NCBI RefSeq assembly: GCF_009914755.1
Contig: NC_060931.1
Reading direction: 5' to 3' (one strand)
DNA from: the human T2T-CHM13v2.0 reference genome, Homo sapiens
DNA: 64,000 bases
Below are positions 30,874 through 47,352 of this stretch, piece after piece. The notes under the pieces were generated by a model that saw nothing but the letters and a program-made list of their open reading frames with translations, was not told the DNA's origin and made no database searches. The position numbers and the translations under genes are program-made. The stretch's first letter is position 1; the number at the start of each line of letters is the position of its first letter.

Positions 30874-31427
30874 TGTTAGAAGCGTGTGAACCAGAGCAAC
30901 TCCATCTTGAATAAGAGCTGGATAAAACAAGGCTGACACCTACTGGGCTGCATTCCCAGATGTTTAAAGCATCCTAAGTCACAGAATGAGATAGGAGGTC
31001 ATCACAAAATACAAGTCATAAAGAACTTGCTGATAAAACAGGTTGCAGTGAAGAAGCCAGCTAAAACCCACCAAAACCAAGATGGCCACAAGAGTGACCT
31101 CTGGATGTCCTCAGTACTACACTCTCACCAGTGCCATGACAGTTTACAAAAGCCAAGGCAAAGTCAGGAAGTTACCCTATATGGTCTAAAAAGGGGAGGC
31201 ATGAATAATCCACCTCTTGTTTAGCATATCATCAAGAAATAAACATAAAAAAGGGCAATCGGCAGTCCTCAGGGAGGCTCTGTCTATGGAGTAGCCATTC
31301 TTTTATTCCTTTACTTCCGTAATAAACTTGCTTTCACTTTACTCTATGGATTCACCCTGAATTCTTTCTTGCACTAGATCCAAGAACCATCTCTGGGGAT
31401 CTGGATCAGGACCCCTTTCCTGTAACA
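30874..31427 (+). mobile_element. MER41A solo LTR (ERV1)
   Basis: 554 bp, tgttagaagcgtgtgaaccagagcaactccatcttg...cccctttcctgtaaca; 4-bp TSD GATA (30870-30873, 31428-31431). Confidence 0.9.
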
Positions 31428-31618
31428 GATAGACTTACTCAACTCAGGGTTGCCACAAACCTCCAATTTGTAAAAAACATAAATCCATGAAATGCAATAA
31501 AGCAAAGCACAATAAAACAAGGTGTGCCTGTATTTGGTATAAGGGTTAGCCTTGCTTACTAATTGTGATACTTACCAGAGCAGTTTAGGTTTGTTGCATT
31601 ATTCAGAATATTTAATAA

Positions 31619-31927
<309 letters not shown>

Positions 31928-32892
31928 AAGTTTACTTTTTATAAAATCACAGAATGGAGGCAGAGTTGGGAAATTTTACAGGGCCAATAAGAAATATAAC
32001 AATATGCTATTGAAATACTATTAATTTGTGGCAGTATTTCATAAACTCAGTTGTGGACTCAAGTTGAACTTACATACTGAAATTTGCTTAAATACTTTCA
32101 CCTAAAACAGTTTTTATGCTCTGGCAGTGGTGATTTTACAAGAGGCTAATTCAGCTTGTAATCAATTTCAAATGATGATCCGTTCACCTTAAAATTTATA
32201 TGTAACAAGTTTACCATATTTCATATTTGTTTTTAATGTTTCCTGCCACTTTGGGGTTTTTTTAAATTATTTTATTTGTGACAGGGACAAGATTTTTAAC
32301 TTGTGCAAATCCCTACCCACCACCTTCTGTGTCCCCAGAGGAAGCTCCCTCTTTCCTGTGCCTCCGAGCAACATGCACAGCTCAGAGGCAGGGCCTTTGT
32401 GATGGGGAATGGGACAAAATGGGAGGAAGCAGCCTGGGAGGCTGGGGAGGGGTCATGTTGATGCATAAATATTTTAATTGCATCATTACTTTGAACCTTT
32501 GATACCTCTTTTCTGTGCTTGAATCCAGGCTGTTGAGCGTGGATGGAAAAGCCTATTATCATTCTGATTTGTCTCCTTTGAATTCAGTACCACTAGCCTT
32601 AATGGGGAACTTCCTTAAACCACTCACCTAGTTGCCTATTTTTATTTTCTCTCTCCTCCTACCTCCCACACCTTCTTCTTATCCTCCCTCTCAGCTGATC
32701 ACCTGACTTCTATTCCACCAAGGATGGAGAAGTAATCAGGGGAGGATGCCCATAGCTCCCTTTCTCACACTTATGCACAATCCCTCGCCCTGAATCTGTG
32801 TGCGCAGGCACTCTTTCTCCCTATTACTTTCTCCCTATTACTATGGAAGAAGCTTGGAGGCCAGCATCTCAACTTGTTCACTGGATCTCATT

Positions 32893-32928
32893 CTCTCTCT
32901 CTCTCTGTCTCTCTGTATCTCTCTGTCT

Positions 32929-32982
<54 letters not shown>
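32893..32982 (+). repeat. (TC)n-(TG)n compound microsatellite within probable L2 remnants
   Basis: Direct reading; ~25 TG units. Confidence 0.92.
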
Positions 32983-32983
<1 letters not shown>

Positions 32984-34499
32984 TGCTCCTCCACCCCTCC
33001 ATCAATAAGTTTTCCCTCTCTTCTGGAGAGAAGAAATTTTGTTATTTCTCCCATTGAAAGGAACCTTTCTTTTGGTGTTACTGTGCCCTCCACCTACTGA
33101 CCTACTGACTGATTTCTCCGCTCCTGTTTATAGCAAACCCACCCTAGAGAGCTGTCTGTAGTATATGCTTGTTGTTTCCAATTTCTCTCCTCCCATTCCC
33201 TCCAAAATCCACTCCAATCAGGTTCTGGTCTTCCCTACGACATCAGTGACCTTCATTTGGTTCAATCCAATGGTTATTTCTCAGTCTTAACTGAAATTTT
33301 TGGCTTGCCATTTATGTACATAGACAGATCAATTAATCTTTCTTTTTTTGACTTTGACCTCTTCGTTTTTGTTTAAAAAGTCTTTTCTTTCTTCCAGTAT
33401 CTCTAAATGCTTACTAAAGTTGTCTTCAAGTTCCTTAAGGCTTTTTAAAGTTGCATTTAACTCCTGAATCCATCTGAAATATATTTTAGTATATAGTGTC
33501 AAAAATAAATCAAACTAGTTATTTTTCTCCAAATAGTTCATCAATAACCCCAAGTTACATCCCTTCTTTATGTCGTCTTTCTTAATTGAGACAGTGCTGT
33601 TTATTGAAGGTGGCATTCTGTTTTAAAGTTCCACCCTGACTAAGCTTCTGTCCGTCAGTTTTACATAAAGCCCATAGAAATCAGCTCAACACGTTTTATG
33701 CATTGAGATTCTTCCCAAGATCTGAAAACAAGTTATGTTATCTGTGGCTCTTAATTTTTGTGTGGGGAGTTCATGTACTTTAGTGAGAAACTGCAGAAGT
33801 TAATCTCAAGAGCTAGACCTTTGGTACCATTTTAAAACAAATCTCTCAGATTATGATTCTATTTTTATAACTTTTATTTGAGCACTTTATGAATCACTTT
33901 ATCAAATTATGAACACCACTGCCCATAAAGTTAAGCAATCAAGCAAATTTAAAGATCTGATTTCAAGAATATTTAAAATATTATAAGAATATAAGAATAT
34001 TTAGGAAAAGCTAAATATGTTCAGAAAAATGGATAATATCTCAATTGCTATGTAGGAAAATAACTATAGCATATCAAAATTTACATCTTTACCACCCTTT
34101 GTCTATGGTAAACATTAAGAAGGAACAAAAGTGAATAACTTGACAATGTGAATACCTACACTCACTATTGCTACTATTAATGCTATTCTGGAAGTTAGTT
34201 GATGGAAAATGCTCCATCCATGAAAACATAAATGCCATCAAAGAGAGTAATTTTACAATAATTCAGGTGATTCATTCATAAATTTTGTAGATTTTGATAA
34301 ATAAGCCAGAGACTATGATCATTTATCTCACTACTCCAGAAGGATGGCATGAAAATGTTTGTATCTAATGTGATGATTTACATGGTGGCAAAATATAAAA
34401 TAAATACACAGGCATCAATTGTATGTCTATTAATTTTCCATCACAATAGACAGTAATAAAACCGAATGGAAAAAGACACTACTCAATACTTCATAGCCC

Positions 34500-34830
34500 A
34501 GAGCAGTGTTTCCCAAGATGTAGACCCCACGCAAGGCTTCCCCACTAGAAATCTCGGAACACAGGCCCAGGAAGCTCCCATTTAACCATTTTAAACCAGC
34601 CCCAGATGCTTCTTTTGCTCTCTAAAATTTTAGAGTCCCTGATGTTGTAAGTAAGAGGAGACACTGTGTGAACTTGAGCAAATTATGACACCAATTCAGG
34701 CTTCAGTTTCCTTATCTGCAAAAGAAGGAGAATGATCATACGCACATTATAAGGTGCTTCAGAAGAACAAATAAAATAATGTAGGTGAGGGGTTTGTGAT
34801 CTGCCTAGTGCAGAGCAAGTACTCAATTTT
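34500..34830. mobile_element. MER5-like fragment followed by MIR
   Basis: cagtgtttcccaag...ccccagatgcttct; cttcagtttccttatctgcaaaa. Confidence 0.5.
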
Positions 34831-36364
34831 CATTCAATAATATTATTATCAAATATTAAAATAAAGTGATAAAGTATGCAAAAATAAGCTTCGGAAAGAA
34901 TATTCAGGACTTAAGTGAAGAAAACAAAAATGAAATGAAATACTTTTTAAAAATCACATAAATTGAGAGGCAAACTCTGTTCCTACCAGGAATGGTGGGG
35001 AACAAAAGGAGAATGAAACATGTAAAGAAATCACCTTTTCAAAATTGATTTTTAAATTTCAAGTAGCTCTATGCAAAATATCAAAAGGACACTTTTCGTA
35101 ACACACCGCAATGCTAAGGGTCATCTTGAAGAACATGTAGAAAAAATTATCCACCCTCGGCCCCGACATGCAGAAGGAAGTACCTTGAGAGCCACTTTCA
35201 TTGTTAGACATCATAATGCATAATCACAATACATTTAACAGCATAGTACTATTATTAAAAGGGCAGGGACGTCAATGAAACCAAGGAGAAAGTACAGAAA
35301 TCTATCCAAGTTATTCAAGATAACTTAGACTGTGACAGAGTTGCATTTGAGGTCAATGGAAAAAATAGGAATTATTGAATAAATGGTAATTACATTATTA
35401 AGTAATTAGAAAAAAATAAGGTTACTCCAAATTTATTTCCAAATGAATTACAGACTAAAATTAAACTATAAAAGAGGAAAACTGAAGGAAAAAATGCAAA
35501 TTATTTCTTTGGAAGCATCCTGTATATTGTGTTAATAGAAGTAATCTATAAATTTAATAATTTTAGCAAGCCATGTTTGATTAGTAAAATGTAAGAAGAA
35601 ATAGGCAAAGTAAGTAGAAAGAGGTAGTATACTATTCACAGTTTTTTTTATCATAAGAGGAAGATGAGCCAAGCACATTCCATCAGGTGGAGAAAACATT
35701 CTGGCTAAGACAAAACTGCATCAGCACTGCTCATGGTTGCCTGAGTTACTAGATATTCTCATCATGCTAATAATATAGTAACTAGCAAAACTACATTTGA
35801 ATCATTCAAATGCAGTTCATATTAATCAAGAATGGAATGACAAGTAGAGGTCCAGAGATCTCTGTGGCCCAGGCCATTCTGATATCCACTCTGGCTCCAC
35901 CATCTAATGGGGGCCATGTCTACTTTCCATGCCTGTCATTGTAGTCTAAGACTTGCCCTCCGTCACCCCAGCATATTCTCATACCTCCTGAAACCATCTA
36001 CTTAAACCAGACTGCTGTCATCTCACCAGCATCCAGAGCCAACAGAAGATTCCCATGAAAGCACTTTTCTTCCCACAGCAGGTTAGAGATATGCCCTATT
36101 TCTAATACTTTGATCACCATATCCACCTTGAAGAAGGTACAGTGTTTTATGGGCTTTTGGTGTGATCAAGGAGTGAGTAGGAAGGATACATGTGATGGAG
36201 CTTCTCTTGTATATCAGTCTCCTAAAGGACAAATGGCCTCCCCAGTTAGTATAGAGGTACAACATTTCTAGAGGTCAGTCATACTGGGCATCAACAATTT
36301 TGGCAGTATGCATATGTTTTTGAGCCAGAAATTTCAGTTTTAGTATTTTCTATAGAAAATAATT

Positions 36365-37680
<1,316 letters not shown>

Positions 37681-37706
37681 TTTTTAAAAAGAAAATTATG
37701 TTTTTA

Positions 37707-38030
<324 letters not shown>

Positions 38031-38042
38031 GACTGGCCATAG

Positions 38043-38330
<288 letters not shown>

Positions 38331-38348
38331 AAGATAGGTTGTATTTCT

Positions 38349-38653
38349 TTTCTTTTCATTCTTTTTTTTTGTTTTTGAGACGGAGTTTCACTCTTGTTAC
38401 CTAGGCTGGAGTGCAATGGCGTGATCTCACTGCAACCTCCGCCTCCTGAGTTCAAGCGATTCTCCTGCCTCGGCCTCCCGAGTAGCTGGGATTACAGGCA
38501 TGCACCACCACTCCCAGCTAATTTTGTATTTCTAGTAGAGACGGGGTTTCTCCATGTTGATCAGGCTGGTCACAAACTCCCGACCTCATGTGATCCACCC
38601 ACCTCGACCTCCCAAAGTGCTGGGATTACAAGAGTGAGCCACTGCACCCGGCC
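38349..38653 (-). mobile_element. AluS (Sp/Sq-like)
   Basis: TSD gat(a/g)ggttgtatttct. Confidence 0.92.
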
Positions 38654-39017
38654 TGATGGGTTGTATTTCTAATCATAGGAAACAGTCCAAAAATTATGAT
38701 ACAGTGGTAGAATATAATACTATAACATTAAAACCTGTGCTATAGCTCAAGAGTTTGTATATAGGAAAATACATAATATGCATTGCTAATTTTACAAAAA
38801 TCAGGTTAACTGCTCCAAAAAACATTAAAAATGGAGTGATTGAATTTTTGTAAATAAATGTATGTGTGTATGTGTGTGTGTGTGTGTGTGTGATAGGCCC
38901 AGTAAGTTGTAACTTTGGGTGTGAAAAAAGTCAAAATCCACCTGTACTTGTACTTGTTTTGCATGAGACATTAAATTGCATTAAGAAGAGTCCATTGCAT
39001 TTCCCCTTATTACTTAG

Positions 39018-40044
39018 TCGTGTGACAGAAAAACAGAATCTCAGGACTCCAAACTCACTGTGACAAAGGGAAAGAAGCTTGGGAACTGTGTAACGCAAAA
39101 AACAACAACAACAACAAAAAACAAAAACAAAAAAACAACTGCCTTCTGTCTTGTTCCCAAACAGAAAGCTGCAAGGCTAAAAGGCCACATATCTCCTCAG
39201 GTAGCTTCCCTCTCAAATTGCTCACAAGGAAATTCCTTGTGGGCCCCTAAATTATTCAGAATACATACCCCCCTAAAAATTAACCCTAAAAGACGGTTCT
39301 GTTGAATCTCACTCTGATATTGTAGATTCACAGCTCACCTTTACAGGAACCACAAAGACAAGACTAGAAATTATCACTGCCCACCCCACCCCAGACAAAT
39401 GCATATTTGACTGCTTCCTCAACTTTCATTATTTTATGTAAAATGTAGATTCACTGAGCACAGAAGACAAATGCATAACTGACTTTTCCTCTACCCTCCT
39501 TTCATGCATGAAGTGTGGATTCAGTAAGCGCCAATCAAAGCCTCGCAAGAATGCAAAAACTCTCCTCATTGGCCTCCCTCTCCCTTTTTTTCTGTCCCTC
39601 TTCCCTGCCTGCTGGCTCTTTCCTCTTTAAACACTGAAGTCCTGAAAACTCTCTGGAAAAGGCAGGGATCACACACCCTCTGGTGATTTCTGTTTACTTT
39701 TCCAGGGTGTGTCCTCAACCTTGGCCAAATAAACCTCAAAATCAATTGAGACATGCCTGGGAGCAAAAGAGAGAAGTTTTTTGATATTTTCAAAAATATT
39801 CCAAGAATTGCAAGTGTACTGAACATGTAAAGTCATTTTACTTGTCATTATTCCCTAAACAATACAACAACTATTTACATAGCATTGACATTGTGTTAGG
39901 TATTATAAGGAAGCTAGAGGTGATTTAAAGCATTTGGGAGGATGTGCATAGGTTATATGCAAATAATACACCACTTTATACCGGGGACTTCAGCATCCAC
40001 GGACTGCGGTGTCTTGGAAAGGTCCTGGGTTTTTTTGGTTTACA
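39018..40044 (+). mobile_element. ERV1 (MER4-group) solo LTR interrupted near its 3' end by a MER2-derived copy
   Basis: aatctcaggactccaaactcact...cctcaaccttggccaaataaacc; terminal ttttttggtttaca displaced to 40031-40044; possible TSD ttag. Confidence 0.7.
39774..40028 (+). repeat. TIR-less MER2 fragment duplicated from 44939-45198
   Basis: Colinear with 44939-45198 and shares its unusual start aagttttttgatattttcaaaaatattcca. Confidence 0.85.
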
Positions 40045-40273
40045 TTAGCAATTCAGGTTCTTATTTTAGAGGAAGACTGGAACATAAATTTTGTCTGGCT
40101 TGGCACAGACTAAGAAATAAATAACTCAAAATTATGTTGGGAAGATGTCAATCATAACAATTCAAAAATTATGAGGGAGGAATGGTGAAATTTGTAAAGA
40201 AGCCAAGAGAGAAGAGAAGGAGAAAAATCTCTTTATTCTGTTTTGATGTTCAGCATCATAAAAAAACAAAAAA

Positions 40274-41245
40274 TCTTTGCCCACTTTTTAGTGGGGATTA
40301 TTTTGTGCTTTTCTTGTAAATTTGTTTAAGTTCCTTGTAGATTCTAGATATTAGACCTTTGTGAGATTGCAAGTATTTTCTCCCTTTCTGTAGGTTGTCT
40401 GTTCTCTCTGATGATAGAAGACATTTATGCAGCCAACAAACATATGAAAAAAAGCTCAACATCACTGATTATTAGGGAAATGCAAATCAAAACCACAATG
40501 AGACACCACCTCAAGCCAGTAAGAATGGCAATTAAAAAGTCAAGAAATAACAGATGTTGGTGAGGTCGTGGAGAAATAGGAATGCTTTTACACTGTTGGT
40601 GGGAATGTAAATCAGTTCAACCTTTGTGGAAGAGAGTGTGGAGGTTCATCAAAGACCTAGAGGCAGAAATACCATTTGACCCAGCAATCCCTTTACTGGG
40701 TATATACCCAAAGGAATAGAAATCATTCTATTACAAAGATACATGCACACGTATGTTCATTACAGCACTATTCATAATAGCAGACATGGACTCAACCCAC
40801 ATGCCCATCAATGATAGACTGGATCAAGAAAATGTGGTACATGTACACCATGGTATACTATGCAGCCTTAAAAAGGAACGAGATCATGTCCTTTCCAGGT
40901 ACATGGATGGAGCTGGAAGCCATTATGCTCAGCAAACTAATGCAGGAACAGAAAACCAAACACCACATGTTCTCATTCATAAGTGGAAGCTGAACAATGA
41001 GGATACATCGACACAGGGAGGGGAACATCACACACCAGGGCCTGTTGGGGTTTGGGGGTAGGGGGAGGGAGAGCATTCAAATAAATAGCTAATGCATGCG
41101 GGGCTTAATGCCTAGGTGATGGGTTGATGGGTGCAGCAAACCACCATGGCACATGTTTACCTATGTAACAAACCTGCAGGTCCTGCACGTGTATCCCAGA
41201 ACTTAAAATTAAGTTAGATTTAAAAACAAACAAACAAATAAAATT
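40274..41245 (+). mobile_element. 5'-truncated, 5'-inverted primate L1 (older L1PA)
   Basis: 40274-40417 antisense ORF2 piece; 40418-41245 sense ORF2 end (WIKKMWYMYTMVYYAALK), 3'UTR and A-rich tail. Confidence 0.9.
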
Positions 41246-41484
41246 TCCGGTGAGCTGAAAGAGCCATGTGAGAAGCCCACCACAGGGCCCTACCAGACAT
41301 CCCCTGTGAGAGACGTAGGAGAACCAACTCCTATCCTAGTGATGGGTGGTTTCAGCCACAGGACAACTGGTGCTAAATCTCCTGACCCAGCCCTGCTGCA
41401 GACACCCTCCTCCTACTCCACAGGTGGCACTGAGAAGGCCTTGGAAGAGGTGCTGGGAGATGGCAAGGCCTTGAGGGGGTGACT

Positions 41485-41575
41485 GTGTGTGTGCACATGT
41501 GTGCACATGTGGGCTTGTGTGTGTGCACGTGTGTGTTTTGTGCATCTGTGTGGGAACATGTTTGTGTATATGCAC
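41485..41575 (+). repeat. Alternating purine-pyrimidine (TG/CA) low-complexity tract
   Basis: tgtgtgtgtgcacatgtgtgcacatgtg... Confidence 0.8.
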
Positions 41576-42446
41576 TGACAGAGCTTTGTGGTGAAGCATT
41601 TCACGACAATGCAAGAGCAAAAGAGAGAAACAAAAAACATTAGCAGCCTCTTTCTTGGAATAGTTGAATTAAGGGTGACTTTGCTCGCTTGCTTTTTTAG
41701 AACTTATTTTTCTGTGTTTTGGAGAAAAGTTTGGAGTGATGCCAACAACACCAGGAATGACTCTCCCCACTCCTTCTTACAGGCAGCACATGTCAGAGAT
41801 AAAAATTAGAGCTTTCTTTTCATAATCAGTTCCCAAAATGGTTGAGGCAGCTTTTGGGCAAACAGTTTGTACTGTTTCTTTTTTCTCTCTCTCTTTCTCT
41901 CTCTCTCTCTGCATCTTGCGAGTTTCTTTTTTTTTTTTTTTTTTTTTTTTCCTTTCTGCAGAGCCGTTTTGGGGGAACAGTCATCATTTTTGCTGACTGC
42001 TTTCTGGAATTGAATCCTTTTGGAGAAATCCCAGAGAGAGATAAGGCTCTAGGTTTTCATTTCAATAAATTACACAGGTTCTGGAAATACAGAGTCGGAA
42101 CATCCATCCACCCCCTGCTGCCATGAGTGTGGGCGCACAATGCCAGGAGGACATTCCCTGAAGTACTGTTTGTGCCCCTGGCCCTGCCTTCTGCCCTCTT
42201 TTTAAGGAATCAGGTCTGAGGAAGACGCGGGGAGGGAGGGAGGTGCTGTTCTGGACACAGCAACGACGGGAGAATTCCCATCCTGACCAGTCGTGCTGAC
42301 TCGGATTTCGAACATTTCTCCTTGTTTTGTTTTTCACCTTTAATTGAGTATTGGGAAGTTACATGAATGCTCCCAACAGTAAAAAGGTAAAGTCAAAATA
42401 AAATTGGATGTGAGAGGCTTTAGTTTCCCTCATATCAGCCCTGGGT

Positions 42447-42739
<293 letters not shown>

Positions 42740-43293
42740 GCCCTGGGTCTCTATAATAAAAAATAATCAGAACTGTGGTTAAAGTGGCAGAACACAGATT
42801 TACAAGTCCTCAACCCACGAGGACAAAAAATGTAAGAAAGGAGAACAGTCGAAAACAGTGTTCAATCTGTACTTTGGAAACTAAACATGGATGGAGCTCT
42901 TAGAACCAACAGAGGGGAGCAGGGAGGGGCCCACAGCCAAGTCCTTGCCTAGGGGACGCTGGAGCAGAATTCGGCCAGTCGCCACAGAAACCCGAGTCGC
43001 CGCACCTGTGTGCAGCAGGAGCTCAAAGGCGGGGACAGCAAGGGACCTGAGAGAGGGACCACTGTGCACTGAACTTGCGGATCCAGAGTAGCCCCGCTTC
43101 GGGGCCTGCCCTTCCCATGCAGTGGGAACAGGTTAGTGGCCTATAACCTGGAAAAACCCGATCCATGAAAATACAAGGAATTAGTGAACGTTCACAAATG
43201 GAATTGGAGAAAATTCACCAGCCAGGGGCCTGTCCCTGCTCCTGCACCCCACCTTTACCCCACTCCACTCGAGTCACAGATTGAAGAATAAGA

Positions 43294-43582
43294 TGTTTGT
43301 TTGTTTGTTTGTGAGATAGAGTCTCGCTCTGTCGCCCAGGCTGGAGTGCAGTGGTGCGACCTGGGCTCACCGCAACCTCCGCCTCCCAGGTTCAAGTGAT
43401 TCTTCTGCTTCAGCCTCTCCAGTAGCTGGGATTACAGGCGCGCACCACCATGCCCTGCTAATTTTTGTATTTTTAGTAGAGTCGGGGTTTTACCATGTTG
43501 GCCAGGCTGGTCTCAAACTCCTGACCTCAGGTGATCTGCCCAAAGTGCTGAGATTACAGGCATGAGCCACCGGGCCTGGTCA
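43294..43582 (-). mobile_element. AluS with small internal deletion
   Basis: TSD aagaataag; gatctgcc joined directly to caaagtgct. Confidence 0.9.
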
Positions 43583-43652
43583 AGAATAAGGTCATTTATT
43601 GTTGTATAGGCAATAAGTGTGAATCAAGGATACTTTTAAAAACTCATAGGTG

Positions 43653-44012
43653 AGCCCGGGCATGGTGGCTGAGATCAGCCTGCACAACCCGTAGTGAGAC
43701 ACCATCTCTACAAATTAAAATTAAAACTTTAGCCACACGTAGTGGCTCATGCCTGTAATTCCAGCACTTAGGGAGGCCAAGGTGGGAGGGTTGCTTGCGG
43801 CCAGAAGTTTGAGACCAGCGTGGGTAACCTGTCTCCCCGCAAAATTTAAAAATTGGCCTGGCATGGCCCTAGTCCCAGCTACTTAGGAGTCTGAGGTGGG
43901 AGGATCACTTGAGCCTGGGATTTGGTACAATAAGCCGTGATCACAGCACTGCACTCCAGCCTGGGTGACAGTGGGAGACCCAGTCTCAAAAAAAAAAAAA
44001 AGAAAAGAAAAA
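43653..44012 (+). mobile_element. Deleted Alu monomer followed by AluJ
   Basis: gcccgggcatggtggct|gagatcagcc; then gccacacgtagtggctcatg...A-tail. Confidence 0.8.
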
Positions 44013-44870
44013 GCCTGATAGATGAGTTAGCAAATGGTTACTTTAAAAAAATAATTAGGAGTGCTATAAAGGAAAATTCTAGAATGATAATACAAGTTTT
44101 GCTACCAAATGAAATAATTTTTAAAAAGCAAAGACACCTCAAAGAGACAAATATCGCAGTAAAATGCACACACACACGCACACCCCTAACTGAATTCTGC
44201 CAACAATCACATGACCTTGGAAGAGGACCCCAAGCTCAAGAAAGGAACCAGCCCAACCAGTACCCTGTTTGCAGCCAGCCAAGCTATGCCTGTACTCCTG
44301 ATCCACGGAAACTATGAAGATAAATGTGTGGTGTCTTATGCCACAAAGTTTGTGATGATTTGTTACACAGAAATAGAAAATGAATGCAGTAGTGTGCAGG
44401 AAAAAGTAAAATAAAGTAGAGGTGATATTATTCAGTGCACAGAAAATGCTATTAATATTCTTGGAGTAGAGATATTGGATTATGTGGGAGGCAGTTATGC
44501 AGAAATAGAGAAATCAATTAATTCATCAATCAACAAATAAGAGGTAAGGGATATTAATACCAAGAATATGTTAAGAATTTTATAAGAAAGAAATATTAAG
44601 CACATGGCTCAAAAATACATTTTAACAATATTGCAAATACTGATATTGATTTAACCATACATTGAAATGTAACTAAGTTAGGTGATATTGTTGTCAAAGA
44701 GCAACATGGAAACTTAATATACTATGTCTAATATTAATAAATCAGCAAAAAGTAACAGAATAAGGCTTTTTTATAATCATGGAGATATATTGGTGAAATG
44801 GGCTAGAGGAGTTGAGGCTGCTTACCTCTTGGGAACAGTTGCGGGTGGTGGAAAGAGATGAAATGAAGAA

Positions 44871-45230
44871 TAGCTGGCCCTCTGTATCCATGGGTTCTAC
44901 ATCTGTGAATTCAACCATTTTCAAAATCTTCAAAAAAAAAGTTTTTTGATATTTTCAAAAATATTCCAAAAATTGCATGTGTACCAAACATGTAAAGTCA
45001 TTTTTTCTTGTCATTATTTCCTAAACAATACAATATAACAGCTATTTACCTAGCATTGACATTGTGTTAGGTATTATAAGTAATCTAGAGATGATTTAAG
45101 GCATTTGGGAGAATGTGCATAGGTTATATGCAAATAATACACCTCTTTACACCAGGGACTTGAGCATCTGTGGACTGTGGTGTCTGGGAAGGTCCTGGAA
45201 CCAATCCCCCACAGATAATGAGGGAGACTG
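44871..45230 (+). mobile_element. MER2 (Tigger-derived non-autonomous element), full length
   Basis: Termini tagctggccctctgtatcc...agggagactg+TA; ggttatatgcaaata core. Confidence 0.88.
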
Positions 45231-45307
45231 TACTACTATTTTTTGTGGTAAGACATTTGACACTTTAACTATATGAAGATAAATTCCTCATTACATTTGG
45301 GGTCAAG

Positions 45308-46199
45308 CAGTAGTGGACTGGAGCCACCTCATAATGCTTTATTTTCATGGTTGACATTTTCAGGAATCTTGGTGCCAGTTAATAAAAGGTGTCATTATTA
45401 AAATTGAATGACATAACTTTACAATTAAATAAATTGCACTTAAAAGGTAATATATACTCAAAACTCATCATTTTCTAATTATTTTACTTCCTTTTCCTAT
45501 TTGAGGCTATTTATGTCTACCGCATTTTACGATGGACGTAACGATGTGCTACTGTGCATTTTTTCCCACCTTCTCACTCACTAATGTCATGTTGGTAGAC
45601 TGCACTGACCACCTCGGAAGTATTCACAGCATGGAAATTAGCAAGTGCTTCAAGTCAAAGCTTGATTTATTGTATTTTATTGTCTAAACATCATAAATTG
45701 ATGGACACAATGTTAATATTGAAGATTAAACCTAAACTTGTGCCATATTCATAGTGGCTACATTGTGAATAGCACAAACAGTCTTGAAAAATATTCTTCC
45801 AGTATTAGAGAACTGTTATCCAATTTAGCAAAGATGTTGCTCCTAGACAAATGTGTGAAGTTCCAACATACGTCTTCACAGTTTCACTTTTGTCTTACTT
45901 GTTAACATCAACCACCATTCGTAACAGAACTGTACTAATTTACCAACTGCAACCGTAGGCTGGCTGTGGATACCAGGACTTTGACTAATTATCCGTGAAA
46001 GCCTTCTGTGACAATCAATTAACTACTTAGAATTTGCAATAAAGAATGTTGTATAATTTACTATTATTTGTAAATTGAATGCTACACATCATTTATATCA
46101 GTAAAATCTAGAATAAAGTTATATATATATACAGACACATATAGATTGTGTATATATAAACACCCAAAGCAGTTGTTAAAATGTACTAGCACGTTGGTG
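45308..46199. mobile_element. MER63-family (hAT-Blackjack) element
   Basis: cagtagtggactggagcc...tactcaaaactcatca...gtgctactgtgcat...cagttgttaaaatgtactagcac. Confidence 0.6.
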
Positions 46200-47097
46200 G
46201 GTTAAAATATAATTTATTGAGTTCTATTCCAATAATTCTGTGTTCCCTTATTTATTTCTAGAATTACATATATTTTAAAATAAATTTTAAATAAATTGGT
46301 ACCACCTTTTTCAGAATTAAAAACCACAAGACTCTAGATTAAAAGTGTCCCCCGAACATAACATAACAATGAATGCTGGCGCAAAGACTTCACAGGCAAT
46401 TTGCCTCATTCTTCAAGAACCTTAGAATACGCAAAATTTTAATCAAAGAACTATGCATTTAAATATATTTCACACGGGAAATTATCACAGAAGTGAGCAC
46501 TATTTATAAAATAAGATGCTAATATTATTTGCAAAAGCAAAAATTAAAAGAAATTAAATATTTAAATCTAATATTTAAAGTAATTACATTATGTAGTAAA
46601 GTACTTTGTAACTAACAGATTCTCAGATCAATTTTATGAAATTATATACATTTATAACATTAACAGTGCATAAAATAATATACAAAAATCTGAAATATGC
46701 AAAGAAAAAATTTTTTGAAAAATATCAACATGTTAACTGTTACTATTAGAATGTATGGTTATTTTTATTTTTGCTACGTTTCACGTGTCTGTGATTACTG
46801 AATTTCTCCAATAGCACTTTCATAATGAATAAATATAAGGATAACAGAAAAATTATGAAAAGAAATTGAATAGACCTTTATTTGACCTTTGAAGAAAGAG
46901 GTACTTGCTGTATTTAGAAACCACGAAATGATTAAATAGATGAGTAGGCAAAGGACATAAGATTTTTACAAAATAATATGATATCATAAACCAATGTATG
47001 GCAAAATGTTCAATCATAGTAGCAAAAAAGAAAAACAGTATAAAATTAGTACAGAATAAGATATGTAGGGACAAATTGAAGAAAAATGATAATTTTA

Positions 47098-47259
<162 letters not shown>

Positions 47260-47314
47260 TTAATTTTTGAATTGGATTATAAACTGGAATGAAGCCTTTG
47301 AGAGTATATATAGA

Positions 47315-47352
<38 letters not shown>

